64,000 nt of DNA, taken from Leptospiraceae bacterium. GTDB taxonomy: Bacteria; Spirochaetota; Leptospiria; Leptospirales; Leptonemataceae. The notes below the pieces were generated by a model. It did not search any database. It worked only from the letters and a program-made list of their open reading frames with translations, and was not told the origin of the DNA. Each line of letters opens with the position of its first letter. The stretch's first letter is position 1. Location of the stretch: NCBI GenBank assembly GCA_040217195.1, contig JAVJNR010000008.1:320001-384000 (forward strand), written 5' to 3'. Both the position numbers and the translations under genes were made by a program. Of the stretch, positions 40,903-50,076 are shown in pieces.

Positions 40903-41028
40903 ATTGCAAAACCGGCCCCGGGCTGGATGCCCGGCTTACCTGAATCTTGTATTTGATTATCCAGGTTTCTGATGGCCTTTTTTGGAAAAATCGTTGGATG
41001 CAAGAATGGAGCAGGGGAAATGGCTTTC

Positions 41029-42639
41029 ATGTCTGCCCGATTCATCTTTATTACCGGCGGTGTTTGCTCTTCTCTGGGAAAAGGGGTCACCGTAGCTGCA
41101 CTGGGATGCCTTCTGGAAAACCGGGGCTACCGTGTTTCGCTTCAGAAGATGGATCCTTATATCAATATCGACCCTGGAACCATGAGTCCCTATCAGCATG
41201 GGGAGGTTTATGTTACAGATGATGGAGCAGAAACTGACCTGGACCTGGGTTACTATGAACGATTCACAAGTAATAGTCTGAGTCGAGCTCATTCCGTAAG
41301 CACCGGACAGATCTACAATGCAGTAATCCAGAGAGAACGACGAGGGGATTACCTGGGTCGCACAGTTCAGGTCATTCCACACATCACCAACGAAATCAAG
41401 AACCGTATGATGGAGCTCACTCGAAACGAAGATGTGGACTTTGCCATTGTGGAAATAGGCGGTACCGTTGGAGACATTGAATCTGTACCATTTCTGGAAG
41501 CCATTCGACAGATGCGAAGAGAAAGGGGCCGCGAAGGAGTTTGCTTTATTCATCTTACTCTGGTCCCTACAATCACCGTGGCCGGCGAAGCAAAAACCAA
41601 GCCCACGCAGCACAGCGTAAAAGAATTACTAACGTTTGGTATCCAGCCGGATTTACTGGTTTGCCGGGTATCTGCTCCATTGAGCCAGGATTTAAAGGAC
41701 AAACTCGGTTTATTCTGCAATGTAAGAGAAGAAAACATTATCTCAGCTTCAGACATTAAGGGCAGCATTTACGAGATTCCAGAGATGTACAGAAATGAGC
41801 ATCTTGATCTGCGTGTGCTGGATCATTTTTCCATAGAGCCCAAACGACTCAACTTTAAGAAATGGCATGATCTACTGGAAATAACCAGAAGTCCCAAAAA
41901 GACCGTGCGAATCGCCATTTGTGGTAAGTACATAGCTCTACAGGATGCCTATCGCTCCATCTATGAAGGGCTGATGCATGGAGGCATTGCCAACCAGGTG
42001 GAAGTGGATTTTGTTTCTGTCGATCCAGAAGAGCTGGAAAAGGAGACCTCCGCTGCAGAGGCTTTCAAAGGAGTACACGGAATTCTGGTTCCTGGAGGCT
42101 TTGGAAACCGAGGCATAGAAGGAAAATTGAAGGCCATCCATTACGCAAGAACCAAGAAGATTCCATTCTTTGGAATTTGCCTGGGTATGCAATGCGCCTT
42201 AATAGAGTACGCCAGAAGTGAAGTAGGCCTGGAGGATGCAAACAGCACCGAGTTTGATCCCAAGACCGAACATCCAGTGATATCATTGCTGGAAGAGCAG
42301 ATGGGCCTGGAGCAAAAAGGCGGCACAATGCGCCTGGGTTCCTATCCATGCATAGTAGAAGAAGGAACCCTGGCCCATAAGGAATACGGACAGACCAGAA
42401 TCAAAGAAAGACATCGGCATCGTTTTGAATTCACACTAAAATACAAAGAAGAGTTTGAAAAGGCAGGTCTTACCTTTTCCGGCAGCAGTCCCGATGGACA
42501 GCTCATCGAAATCGTAGAAATTAAGAACCACCCCTGGTTCATTGGATGTCAGTTTCATCCTGAATTCCAGACCCGACCGGTGAAGCCCCATCCATTGTTT
42601 TCAGGATTTGTTCGGGCATCCTCGAAATTGACGAAATAG
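41029..42639 (+). CDS. pyrG: CTP synthase
   Basis: ITGGVCSSLGKG, DPGTMSPYQHGEV, GICLGMQ and QFHPEF motifs. Confidence 0.98.
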   Translation: MSARFIFITGGVCSSLGKGVTVAALGCLLENRGYRVSLQKMDPYINIDPGTMSPYQHGEVYVTDDGAETDLDLGYYERFTSNSLSRAHSVSTGQIYNAVIQRERRGDYLGRTVQVIPHITNEIKNRMMELTRNEDVDFAIVEIGGTVGDIESVPFLEAIRQMRRERGREGVCFIHLTLVPTITVAGEAKTKPTQHSVKELLTFGIQPDLLVCRVSAPLSQDLKDKLGLFCNVREENIISASDIKGSIYEIPEMYRNEHLDLRVLDHFSIEPKRLNFKKWHDLLEITRSPKKTVRIAICGKYIALQDAYRSIYEGLMHGGIANQVEVDFVSVDPEELEKETSAAEAFKGVHGILVPGGFGNRGIEGKLKAIHYARTKKIPFFGICLGMQCALIEYARSEVGLEDANSTEFDPKTEHPVISLLEEQMGLEQKGGTMRLGSYPCIVEEGTLAHKEYGQTRIKERHRHRFEFTLKYKEEFEKAGLTFSGSSPDGQLIEIVEIKNHPWFIGCQFHPEFQTRPVKPHPLFSGFVRASSKLTK

Positions 42640-42811
42640 CCACAGACCCGTACAGGAATCCATTCTGCCATGCTGTAGAAATGTGGCCGGAGTAGGAAAA
42701 AGAAGTCCGATTCGATTGACCATCCCTGTAAGCAGCGAACGATGAACTGAGGGCCCAATCCTTTGATCAAAAAAGAATGGCCTGTCCATCGACAGTGCTT
42801 AGCCTGTCCTT

Positions 42812-43663
42812 ATGCAGGCCAGCAAGCGCCCTTTTTTGAACAACACCTCTATCGGCGGCGATGAACCATTCTTTCTGATCGCAGGTCCCTGCGTTATTGA
42901 AAGCAGGGATATGCTGAGTCAGGTATGTGAAACCATGCTTGAAATTACGGGAAAACTGGGCATTCCCTACGTATTCAAATCCAGCTTCGACAAAGCGAAT
43001 AGAAGCTCTGCAGACAGCCAGAGAGGTCCTGGTATGGAGGAAGGTCTTCGAGATCTTCAGTTCATCAAAGAGACCTACGGAGTGCCCATCCTTACAGACG
43101 TGCATGAAGTATCCCAGGTTTCATCGGTGGCCCAGGTTGTGGATATTCTACAAATTCCTGCATTTCTATGCCGGCAAACAGATCTAGTATTTGCATGCGC
43201 CGATTCAGGCCGATGGGTAAACGTCAAAAAAGGCCAATTCATGGCTCCAGCCGATGCACCTACCATAACAGAGAAAATCCGATCCAGGGGCTCGGAAAAG
43301 TATCTGATCACTGAGCGGGGCGTTAGCTTCGGGTACAATAACCTGGTCTTCGATCCGCGTAGCCCGGAGATCATGCATCAAAATGACATACCGGTTATTT
43401 TTGATGGCACTCATTCTACACAGCTTCCCGGAGGAGGCAAACAGAGCGGCGGGGACCGCGCCATGGCTCCGGTATTGATGCGGGCCGCTGCAGCGGTGGG
43501 CATTGAAGGATTCTTCATGGAAGTACATCCCGATCCGGCCAACGCCTGGAGCGATTCCAGTAACCAGTACTGGCTGGACAAGTCCGAGGATCTGCTAAAA
43601 CAATTATATGACATTGATCGCCTGGTAAAGACCGGGGGAGCCGTTCCAGCCGGGGGCGCATGA
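42812..43663 (+). CDS. kdsA: KDO-8-phosphate synthase
   Basis: IAGPCVIE, KSSFDKANRSS, QIPAFLCRQTDL, KKGQF and EVHPDP motifs. Confidence 0.97.
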   Translation: MQASKRPFLNNTSIGGDEPFFLIAGPCVIESRDMLSQVCETMLEITGKLGIPYVFKSSFDKANRSSADSQRGPGMEEGLRDLQFIKETYGVPILTDVHEVSQVSSVAQVVDILQIPAFLCRQTDLVFACADSGRWVNVKKGQFMAPADAPTITEKIRSRGSEKYLITERGVSFGYNNLVFDPRSPEIMHQNDIPVIFDGTHSTQLPGGGKQSGGDRAMAPVLMRAAAAVGIEGFFMEVHPDPANAWSDSSNQYWLDKSEDLLKQLYDIDRLVKTGGAVPAGGA

Positions 43664-44355
43664 ATGCATTCTCCCAAATCCTACAGGACCTGGGAGTAGC
43701 CGCCCGGAATCCATCCTTTTCCAGGCCAAAAGCTACCAGGTCCCATACCCGGTCCCGTGCAACACTGGTCAGCTTACTCTCTATCTCTTTGATCTTGCTA
43801 CATTGCGGAGATGAGATTCCTATCATGAAAGAAGAAGGAGCTGAAAAGGGTTCCTCCATTCGAATCTCAAATTTCAACAGGGAAGAGTACAATGCCCTGG
43901 GAGCACCCGAGATGCGAGTCAAAGCCAGGGAAGCCTATATCTATGAATCCGGTGAAGGTTCGGATAAAACTCAGGAAAGGCTGGTAGGTTATGATTTCGA
44001 ATACACAGACATTGATGGAGCCAAATCAACAGTCCTCACAGCTCAGAAAGCAGAAATGAATCAGAAAACCGGGATCATGTATATGACTGGAAATGTGCAT
44101 CTGCGTGGTCTGGACCGGGAGATTCGCGGCGAAGCACTCTACTATGATATGGAAAAGAAGATCGCTCGTAGCGATCAACCCGTCTATATCAAGGAAGGGG
44201 AGATTTCCACGCATTGCCGGGGAGGTGTGGTGATGTACATGAAAGAGGAAAAGCAAATCTGCCGACTGCCAGCCGGCAAGAGGGAGAAGCGCAAACCATC
44301 CATTCCCGGAACCACCCCACCAACGCCAGGGGGCGGTGATGACCTGTTTCAATAG
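43660..44355 (+). CDS. lptC: LPS export periplasmic protein LptC-like
   Basis: Hydrophobic segment with Cys, beta-jellyroll-like TGNVHL...SDQPVYI, and position between kdsA and lptA/lptB. Start uncertain. Confidence 0.75.
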   Translation: MNAFSQILQDLGVAARNPSFSRPKATRSHTRSRATLVSLLSISLILLHCGDEIPIMKEEGAEKGSSIRISNFNREEYNALGAPEMRVKAREAYIYESGEGSDKTQERLVGYDFEYTDIDGAKSTVLTAQKAEMNQKTGIMYMTGNVHLRGLDREIRGEALYYDMEKKIARSDQPVYIKEGEISTHCRGGVVMYMKEEKQICRLPAGKREKRKPSIPGTTPPTPGGGDDLFQ

Positions 44356-44360
44356 TACCG

Positions 44361-46058
44361 TTGAATGAGCCCCATTCCGTAAACCCAGAAATGATAACAG
44401 AAGCCAGAAATAAAGATCTGCCAGACCCGCATTCGATGGATTCGCAGCAATGCCTTCAGAGGTCTTCTTTGGCCAATATTCGCAGGCCAGAGCCCCTTCT
44501 GAAAGGCCGGATATTACCTTTGTCCCTGACCGTTCTGTTTATTTTTTCTGGATGCCAGAGCCTGCAGGAATGGTTTCCGCCCTTGCCCTCCGAAGAAGAA
44601 TCCGACTATACCTTCCCCTGGGATGGACCATTAGAGGAAGCGGATGAGGCAGATACCACCGGCAATCCAGATGATTCCACAAATTCGGAAACAACGGAAA
44701 AACCCATCGATCCAGAAAAGGATTCCAAACTTCAAATTGAGCAAAAAGCCAAAACCGACCGTGGAAGGGACATCGTAACTCGCTTCTACGGTGCAGAATT
44801 GGTGCGCCAGAGGATCTACTTGAACGGCAAACCAGAATGGAGAATCCAGCTGCGAGGAAATGCTACTATTCGGCATGGAAATGTACTGATTCGCGCACCA
44901 TCCATCACAATCGATGCTGGCAAGTACGGTAAAATGACCGGTGGAGTACAGATCTATGATTCTGAGAACGGAATTTTCATCCGTGCCTCCAGAGGAGTCT
45001 ACAATCGTGACAAAGAAACGGTACAACTTCTGGGATGGCCCTATATGCGAATCAAAAAAAAAGGGCAGGAAACCACTCATATTACCTGCGTTCGTATGGA
45101 GCGTGATCTGGCTGAAAAAGTTGCCTATCTAAAAGAAGATGTAAGAATCCATCATAGCGACTATAATATCCTGGCAGATACAGCCAGCTATACAGATGCG
45201 AAAGAGCTTATAGAAATTCCGGACAATCCGCGAATCCTGGGAAAGGGCGAGTATCTAACTGGAAATCGAATCCTCTATTATACCGGCGAAGAAAAAGCGA
45301 TTCTGGAAGGAAAGACTCTGTACGCAACGTATGAACCGGAAAAAATCGCAACTCAGGATCTGGAAACCTATGCACGACTGCATGGTCCATTGCGCGAAAA
45401 GGCCATGGAAGAGGCCCGGAAGGAAGCAGAACGTCGAGGACAGCCATTGCCGGATCAACCACAGAAAGAGAAAAAGCCTTCCGGCCCGGTTCTACAGATC
45501 CTTTCCGCCGATCGCATTGAACATCTATTTGCAGATAAGAAGAATCCGGTCACTCGAATTACTGGAAATGTAATCTTCACGGATCCGACACGTGAACTCA
45601 GATCTCCTGCCCTGGTGGGCACAGGTCCTTCCATGGCTGTGCTCAGCACCGATCAGGGTGTGGAATTCATAGATAAAGAGGAAAATATTCGAGTTAAGGC
45701 CCGGGAGATGGAGTACAAAAGACAGGAACAATTCCTGACTCTGACCGGTGATCCACTGGTGGAATTCCTGGATGAGAAAACCGGTGAAGTAACCGGAACC
45801 CTGACCGGGGCATTTATAGAACGAGACTTCCAGTCCGAGGTAACACTGGCCCGGGGCAACGTTGAACTGAACCGAGGAGAGGATAAGGCTAGAGGAGAAA
45901 TTGCGCGATTCGAGGAAAAGGAGGGCTATCTGGAGTTTATCGGAAATCCGCGTATCTACCGGGATGGGTCCTGGATTCAGTGCAGCCTTGTTAGAATGTA
46001 TCCGGATCAGGACCGAATTGTCTTTGAAAAGAACATTCAAGGCGCCATTGTAGAATAG
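44361..46058 (+). CDS. Long LptA/OstA-domain lipoprotein
   Basis: FIFSGC lipobox, repeated L-x-G-N/D-(V/P) OstA-like strands, and position between lptC and lptB. Start uncertain. Confidence 0.72.
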   Translation: MNEPHSVNPEMITEARNKDLPDPHSMDSQQCLQRSSLANIRRPEPLLKGRILPLSLTVLFIFSGCQSLQEWFPPLPSEEESDYTFPWDGPLEEADEADTTGNPDDSTNSETTEKPIDPEKDSKLQIEQKAKTDRGRDIVTRFYGAELVRQRIYLNGKPEWRIQLRGNATIRHGNVLIRAPSITIDAGKYGKMTGGVQIYDSENGIFIRASRGVYNRDKETVQLLGWPYMRIKKKGQETTHITCVRMERDLAEKVAYLKEDVRIHHSDYNILADTASYTDAKELIEIPDNPRILGKGEYLTGNRILYYTGEEKAILEGKTLYATYEPEKIATQDLETYARLHGPLREKAMEEARKEAERRGQPLPDQPQKEKKPSGPVLQILSADRIEHLFADKKNPVTRITGNVIFTDPTRELRSPALVGTGPSMAVLSTDQGVEFIDKEENIRVKAREMEYKRQEQFLTLTGDPLVEFLDEKTGEVTGTLTGAFIERDFQSEVTLARGNVELNRGEDKARGEIARFEEKEGYLEFIGNPRIYRDGSWIQCSLVRMYPDQDRIVFEKNIQGAIVE

Positions 46059-46182
46059 ATCCAACCAGGGAAGATTACATTCACTGCTTGCCTAAAAATG
46101 CGGCCTGCAAAACCTGGACCAGTTCTAAGTAAAAAGGTCAAAGAAGGTTTGCCTTCCGAATTGCTACTTTCATTCTGGATTT

Positions 46183-46986
46183 GTGGCTCGAGCCAGAAAA
46201 ACCAGACCATCCCCGGAACCAGCGGACCGGATGCCCGACAGAGGATTCGATCCTGACTTCAAAATGCGTACATTGCGCATGGAAGGTCTGGTCAAGATCT
46301 ATAACCGAAAGAAGGTTGTGGATGGAGTGTCCTTTGAAATAGCCCGCCGAGAGATTGTAGGCCTTCTGGGGCCCAACGGAGCCGGAAAAACCACATCATT
46401 CTATATGGCGGTGGGGCTGGTTCAACCAGATGAAGGCCGAGCCTTTATTGGAGAGCAAGAAGTAACCAAACTTCCCATGTTTAAGCGGGCTCGGTTGGGA
46501 GTGGGCTACCTGGCCCAGGAAGCCTCGGTATTCCGCAAGCTCTCCGTGCGAGAGAACATTGAGGGAGTGCTTCAAATGCACTTCAAAGACCCGGCAGAGA
46601 TTCGAAGACGGTCCAATGCTCTAATCGATGAATTGCATCTAAACAAGGTTACAGATCAAAAAGGATTCACTCTCTCCGGTGGAGAAAGAAGACGCTGCGA
46701 AATTGCCCGAGCCCTGGCCACAGAACCGGACTTTATTCTACTGGATGAGCCATTTGCCGGCGTAGACCCCATCGCTGTTCGAGACATTCAGGATCTAATT
46801 TCACAGCTCCGGGAACGGGGACTGGGAATTCTGATTACGGACCACAATGTTCGTGAAACCCTGAAGATTACGGACCGGGCGTACATCATGTATGCAGGAC
46901 AGATCTTGAAGGCAGGCACAGCCCAGGAACTGGTACAGGACAAGAGAATCAAAGAAATCTATCTGGGAGAGGACTTTACTCTTTAG
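46183..46986 (+). CDS. lptB: LPS export ABC transporter ATPase
   Basis: GPNGAGKTTSFY, LSGGERRRCEIAR, LDEPFAGVDP and ITDHNVRETL motifs. Confidence 0.97.
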   Translation: MARARKTRPSPEPADRMPDRGFDPDFKMRTLRMEGLVKIYNRKKVVDGVSFEIARREIVGLLGPNGAGKTTSFYMAVGLVQPDEGRAFIGEQEVTKLPMFKRARLGVGYLAQEASVFRKLSVRENIEGVLQMHFKDPAEIRRRSNALIDELHLNKVTDQKGFTLSGGERRRCEIARALATEPDFILLDEPFAGVDPIAVRDIQDLISQLRERGLGILITDHNVRETLKITDRAYIMYAGQILKAGTAQELVQDKRIKEIYLGEDFTL

Positions 46987-46993
46987 GTCGTCT

Positions 46994-48397
46994 ATGGCTC
47001 TTTCTCAGCAACTAGTTCAGAAGCAAACGCAGAGACTGGTAATGACCCAGGATCTGCGGCAATCCATTGAATTGCTGCCTCTTTCCAATCTGGAACTATC
47101 AGAACGAATTCAAACAGAACTGCTGGAAAACCCACTGCTCGAACTTAAAGAAGAGGAAGAGACTTCCCGGGAACCCGCCGAGCGTCCGGCGCCCAGTACA
47201 GATGACGCTGCAGAATCAGAATCCAGGTCCAGAGAAGAGTACAGCGACTACGGCCAGATCGATTACGAAGGTGCAGACAGAAAGAACCAGTTCTTACAGA
47301 ATGCTGTTACTTCGCATAGCTCCTTGCAAGAATATCTCACCGAACAGCTCCGGTTGACCAATCTAAACGCAGAGGAATTTGAAGCAGCCACAATCATTAT
47401 TTCAGCCATCGATCAGAGGGGATTTCTCACTGAGTCTCCGGAAGTACTTCTGGAAGATCAGAAACTAAGTGCAGGCACAATAAGCAAAATTCTAGCAACC
47501 ATACGGGAGCTGGATCCATCGGGCTGCGGTGTGGCCGGAGTGCAGGAAGCCCTATTGGTACAGGCGGCGCTGGCAAATGCAGAACCTTTTGTATTGAAGC
47601 TTCTGGAGCATCATTTCGAGGACCTGGAGAAGCTGGATTACAAGAAGATTGAAAAAGAAACTGGCAGCAATGAAGCCAGGATTCATTCCGCTCTTCAATT
47701 TATTCGAACCCTTGAGCCATTTCCGGGAACCCGATATTCCACGCGAGAGCCTGACTATGTAGTTCCAGATCTAATCGTAGTTGAAATGGATGATCGAATC
47801 AATGTAATCATAAACGATGACTGGATTCCTGCCCTTCAGATCAACGAATCCTACAAGAAGCTACTCTCCGGCGGAAAAGAAGGGGATACAGAGTACCTGG
47901 ATACTAAGCTTTCCAGCGCCACATGGTTACTTCGTGGAATCAAACAGCGGCGTCAGACTCTGTACCGTACGATGCAGACTATTGTGGAGCAACAGGAAGA
48001 ATTCTTTCGCAAAGGCCATGGCCATCTGGTTCCTTTGACGCTGCGCGAAGTAGCCGATGACCTGGAAATGCATGAATCCACCATTTCCAGAATAACAACC
48101 AACAAGTATGTGCAAACTCGCTGGGGCATTTTTGAATTAAAATACTTCTTCACCAGCGCCTTGAAAAAAGCTGATGGTGGAAAGGGAGAATCCTCAACAA
48201 ACATCAAAGAGAGAGTTCAAAAGCTGGTGGATGCCGAAGATCCCACTGCTCCTCTTTCTGACCAGGAAATTGCCGACCGAATTGCCACAGAAGGAGTGAG
48301 CATCGCTCGTCGGACAGTAGCCAAATACAGAAAGATATTGAATATTCCATCTGCTGAGAGAAGAAGAATCCTGAAAGGTATGGGACGTAAAAGCTAG
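46994..48397 (+). CDS. rpoN: RNA polymerase sigma-54 factor
   Basis: Gln-rich region I, NPLLE, MHESTISR and the RpoN box ARRTVAKYR. Confidence 0.98.
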   Translation: MALSQQLVQKQTQRLVMTQDLRQSIELLPLSNLELSERIQTELLENPLLELKEEEETSREPAERPAPSTDDAAESESRSREEYSDYGQIDYEGADRKNQFLQNAVTSHSSLQEYLTEQLRLTNLNAEEFEAATIIISAIDQRGFLTESPEVLLEDQKLSAGTISKILATIRELDPSGCGVAGVQEALLVQAALANAEPFVLKLLEHHFEDLEKLDYKKIEKETGSNEARIHSALQFIRTLEPFPGTRYSTREPDYVVPDLIVVEMDDRINVIINDDWIPALQINESYKKLLSGGKEGDTEYLDTKLSSATWLLRGIKQRRQTLYRTMQTIVEQQEEFFRKGHGHLVPLTLREVADDLEMHESTISRITTNKYVQTRWGIFELKYFFTSALKKADGGKGESSTNIKERVQKLVDAEDPTAPLSDQEIADRIATEGVSIARRTVAKYRKILNIPSAERRRILKGMGRKS

Positions 48398-48504
48398 GCG
48401 CCGGCGTATTATCCCAATGGCGGTATCAGCTAAAGCGGAGAGTCAGAAAGGAACGGTTCGAAATCATCTTTAAGAAATAGCACAATCAGGATCAGGAGGG
48501 GCCA

Positions 48505-48804
48505 ATGGAAACCAGCTACCACTTTCAGAATATAGACTCGTCGGATGCTCTCAAGGAGTACGCAGATAAGGTCGTGGATAAACTATCTTCGCATTTCAGC
48601 AACCTGCAGAATGCTACCGTGCATTTTAAGGTGGAAAAGATCCAGCAGATTGCAGAGATTACAATCAATGGGGATAGCGGTCAGTTTGTAGCCGAAGAAA
48701 AGGCTGGGAATATGTACGCAGCCCTGGACCTGGTGGAAAAGAAACTGGAAAAGCAGATTCGCAAGCACAAGGAAAAGCACCTGGGCAAGAATCAAAGGGG
48801 ATAA
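48505..48804 (+). CDS. hpf: Ribosome hibernation promoting factor (short HPF)
   Basis: SDALKEYA..K and NMYAALDLVEKKLEKQIRKHKEK; directly downstream of rpoN. Confidence 0.92.
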   Translation: METSYHFQNIDSSDALKEYADKVVDKLSSHFSNLQNATVHFKVEKIQQIAEITINGDSGQFVAEEKAGNMYAALDLVEKKLEKQIRKHKEKHLGKNQRG

Positions 48805-48805
48805 T

Positions 48806-49816
48806 ATGAGCTCGATGGAACCTGGCAGACTACTGGAATTTTCGGAGCTGGGACTGCGCATACTGGCCGGCGAAAAAGGGCTGAGCCGCGAAATTCGAAA
48901 TGAAGATGTAAACAGACCGGGTCTGGCGCTGGCCGGGTTCTATCGGAACTTTGCTCATGATCGTCTGCAGGTATTCGGACAGGGAGAGTTTGCCTACCTG
49001 ATGGACTGCGGCGGAGAAGTGGAAGGAAGAATCAAAGATGAATTCTTTAGCTACGAGTATCCGGCTCTGGTATTTACTCATGCAAATCAACCGCCCTCCT
49101 GTTTCCTGAAAAAATCCAATGAAACAGACACTCCATTGCTGCAGAGCACCCTATCCACCCATGATTTTATACTGAATTTCAATCGAATTATCACTCGTGC
49201 CCTTGCGCCTCAAACTTCCATTCACGGAGTTCTAATTGAAGTCTTTGGCCTGGGAGTACTTCTTCTGGGACCATCTGGCATTGGAAAATCTGAAACAGCC
49301 CTGGAGCTAATAGAAAGAGGTCACCGCCTGGTAGCCGACGATATGGTTCATATTCGGCACATGGGCAAAGGAGAACTGATAGGTGAATCCGATCCCATGA
49401 TCGAGCATCATATGGAACTTAGAGGCATTGGAATTGTAAATATTAAGGATTTGTTTGGCGTTGGTGCTATCCGAAAGAAAGTGCAGGTGGATCTTGTGGT
49501 GTTTCTGGAGGACTGGAATGAAGACAAAGAATACGATCGGCTGGGCATAGATGAGCAGACCATGGAAATCCTGGATGTTTCCATCCCCAGCATCACTCTG
49601 CCTTTAAGACCCGGACGAAATATTCCCATCCTTGTGGAAACAGCCTCCATGAATCATCGCTCTCGCAGAATGGGCTTTCATGCAGCCCGCTCGCTTTCGG
49701 AAAGGATTCATACTCGAATCTCGGAACAGGTCTCCGCTGAGTCCAGAAATGATGATTCCACCCCTAAGAAGGAACGTAAAAAAGCATCACCTAAACCACT
49801 GATGGGGCCTGTATAA
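48806..49816 (+). CDS. hprK: HPr(Ser) kinase/phosphorylase
   Basis: NRPGLALAGF, HGVL, GPSGIGKSETALELIERGHRLVADD and ELRGIGI motifs. Confidence 0.97.
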   Translation: MSSMEPGRLLEFSELGLRILAGEKGLSREIRNEDVNRPGLALAGFYRNFAHDRLQVFGQGEFAYLMDCGGEVEGRIKDEFFSYEYPALVFTHANQPPSCFLKKSNETDTPLLQSTLSTHDFILNFNRIITRALAPQTSIHGVLIEVFGLGVLLLGPSGIGKSETALELIERGHRLVADDMVHIRHMGKGELIGESDPMIEHHMELRGIGIVNIKDLFGVGAIRKKVQVDLVVFLEDWNEDKEYDRLGIDEQTMEILDVSIPSITLPLRPGRNIPILVETASMNHRSRRMGFHAARSLSERIHTRISEQVSAESRNDDSTPKKERKKASPKPLMGPV

Positions 49817-50076
49817 TGGAGAAGGTGGATGTTACCATCGAATTGAAGGAAGGGCTCCATGCCCGGCCGGCCTCCATCTTCGTAAGAGAAGCGGCCCGAT
49901 TCAAATCGGAGATCTTCTTAACCGCCAATGGAGTTACGGTTAATGGAAAAAGCATCATGGGAATCCTTATGCTTGCTCTCAGTCCAGGAACAAAAGTCAC
50001 GCTGGAGATCCGGGGCGATGATGAAAAACAGGCTATTGAAAAACTACCGGGTCTATTAAACGGAGCCGAGAATTGA
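49816..50076 (+). CDS. ptsH: Phosphocarrier protein HPr
   Basis: GLHARPA (His15) and GKSIMG (Ser46). Confidence 0.95.
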   Translation: MEKVDVTIELKEGLHARPASIFVREAARFKSEIFLTANGVTVNGKSIMGILMLALSPGTKVTLEIRGDDEKQAIEKLPGLLNGAEN

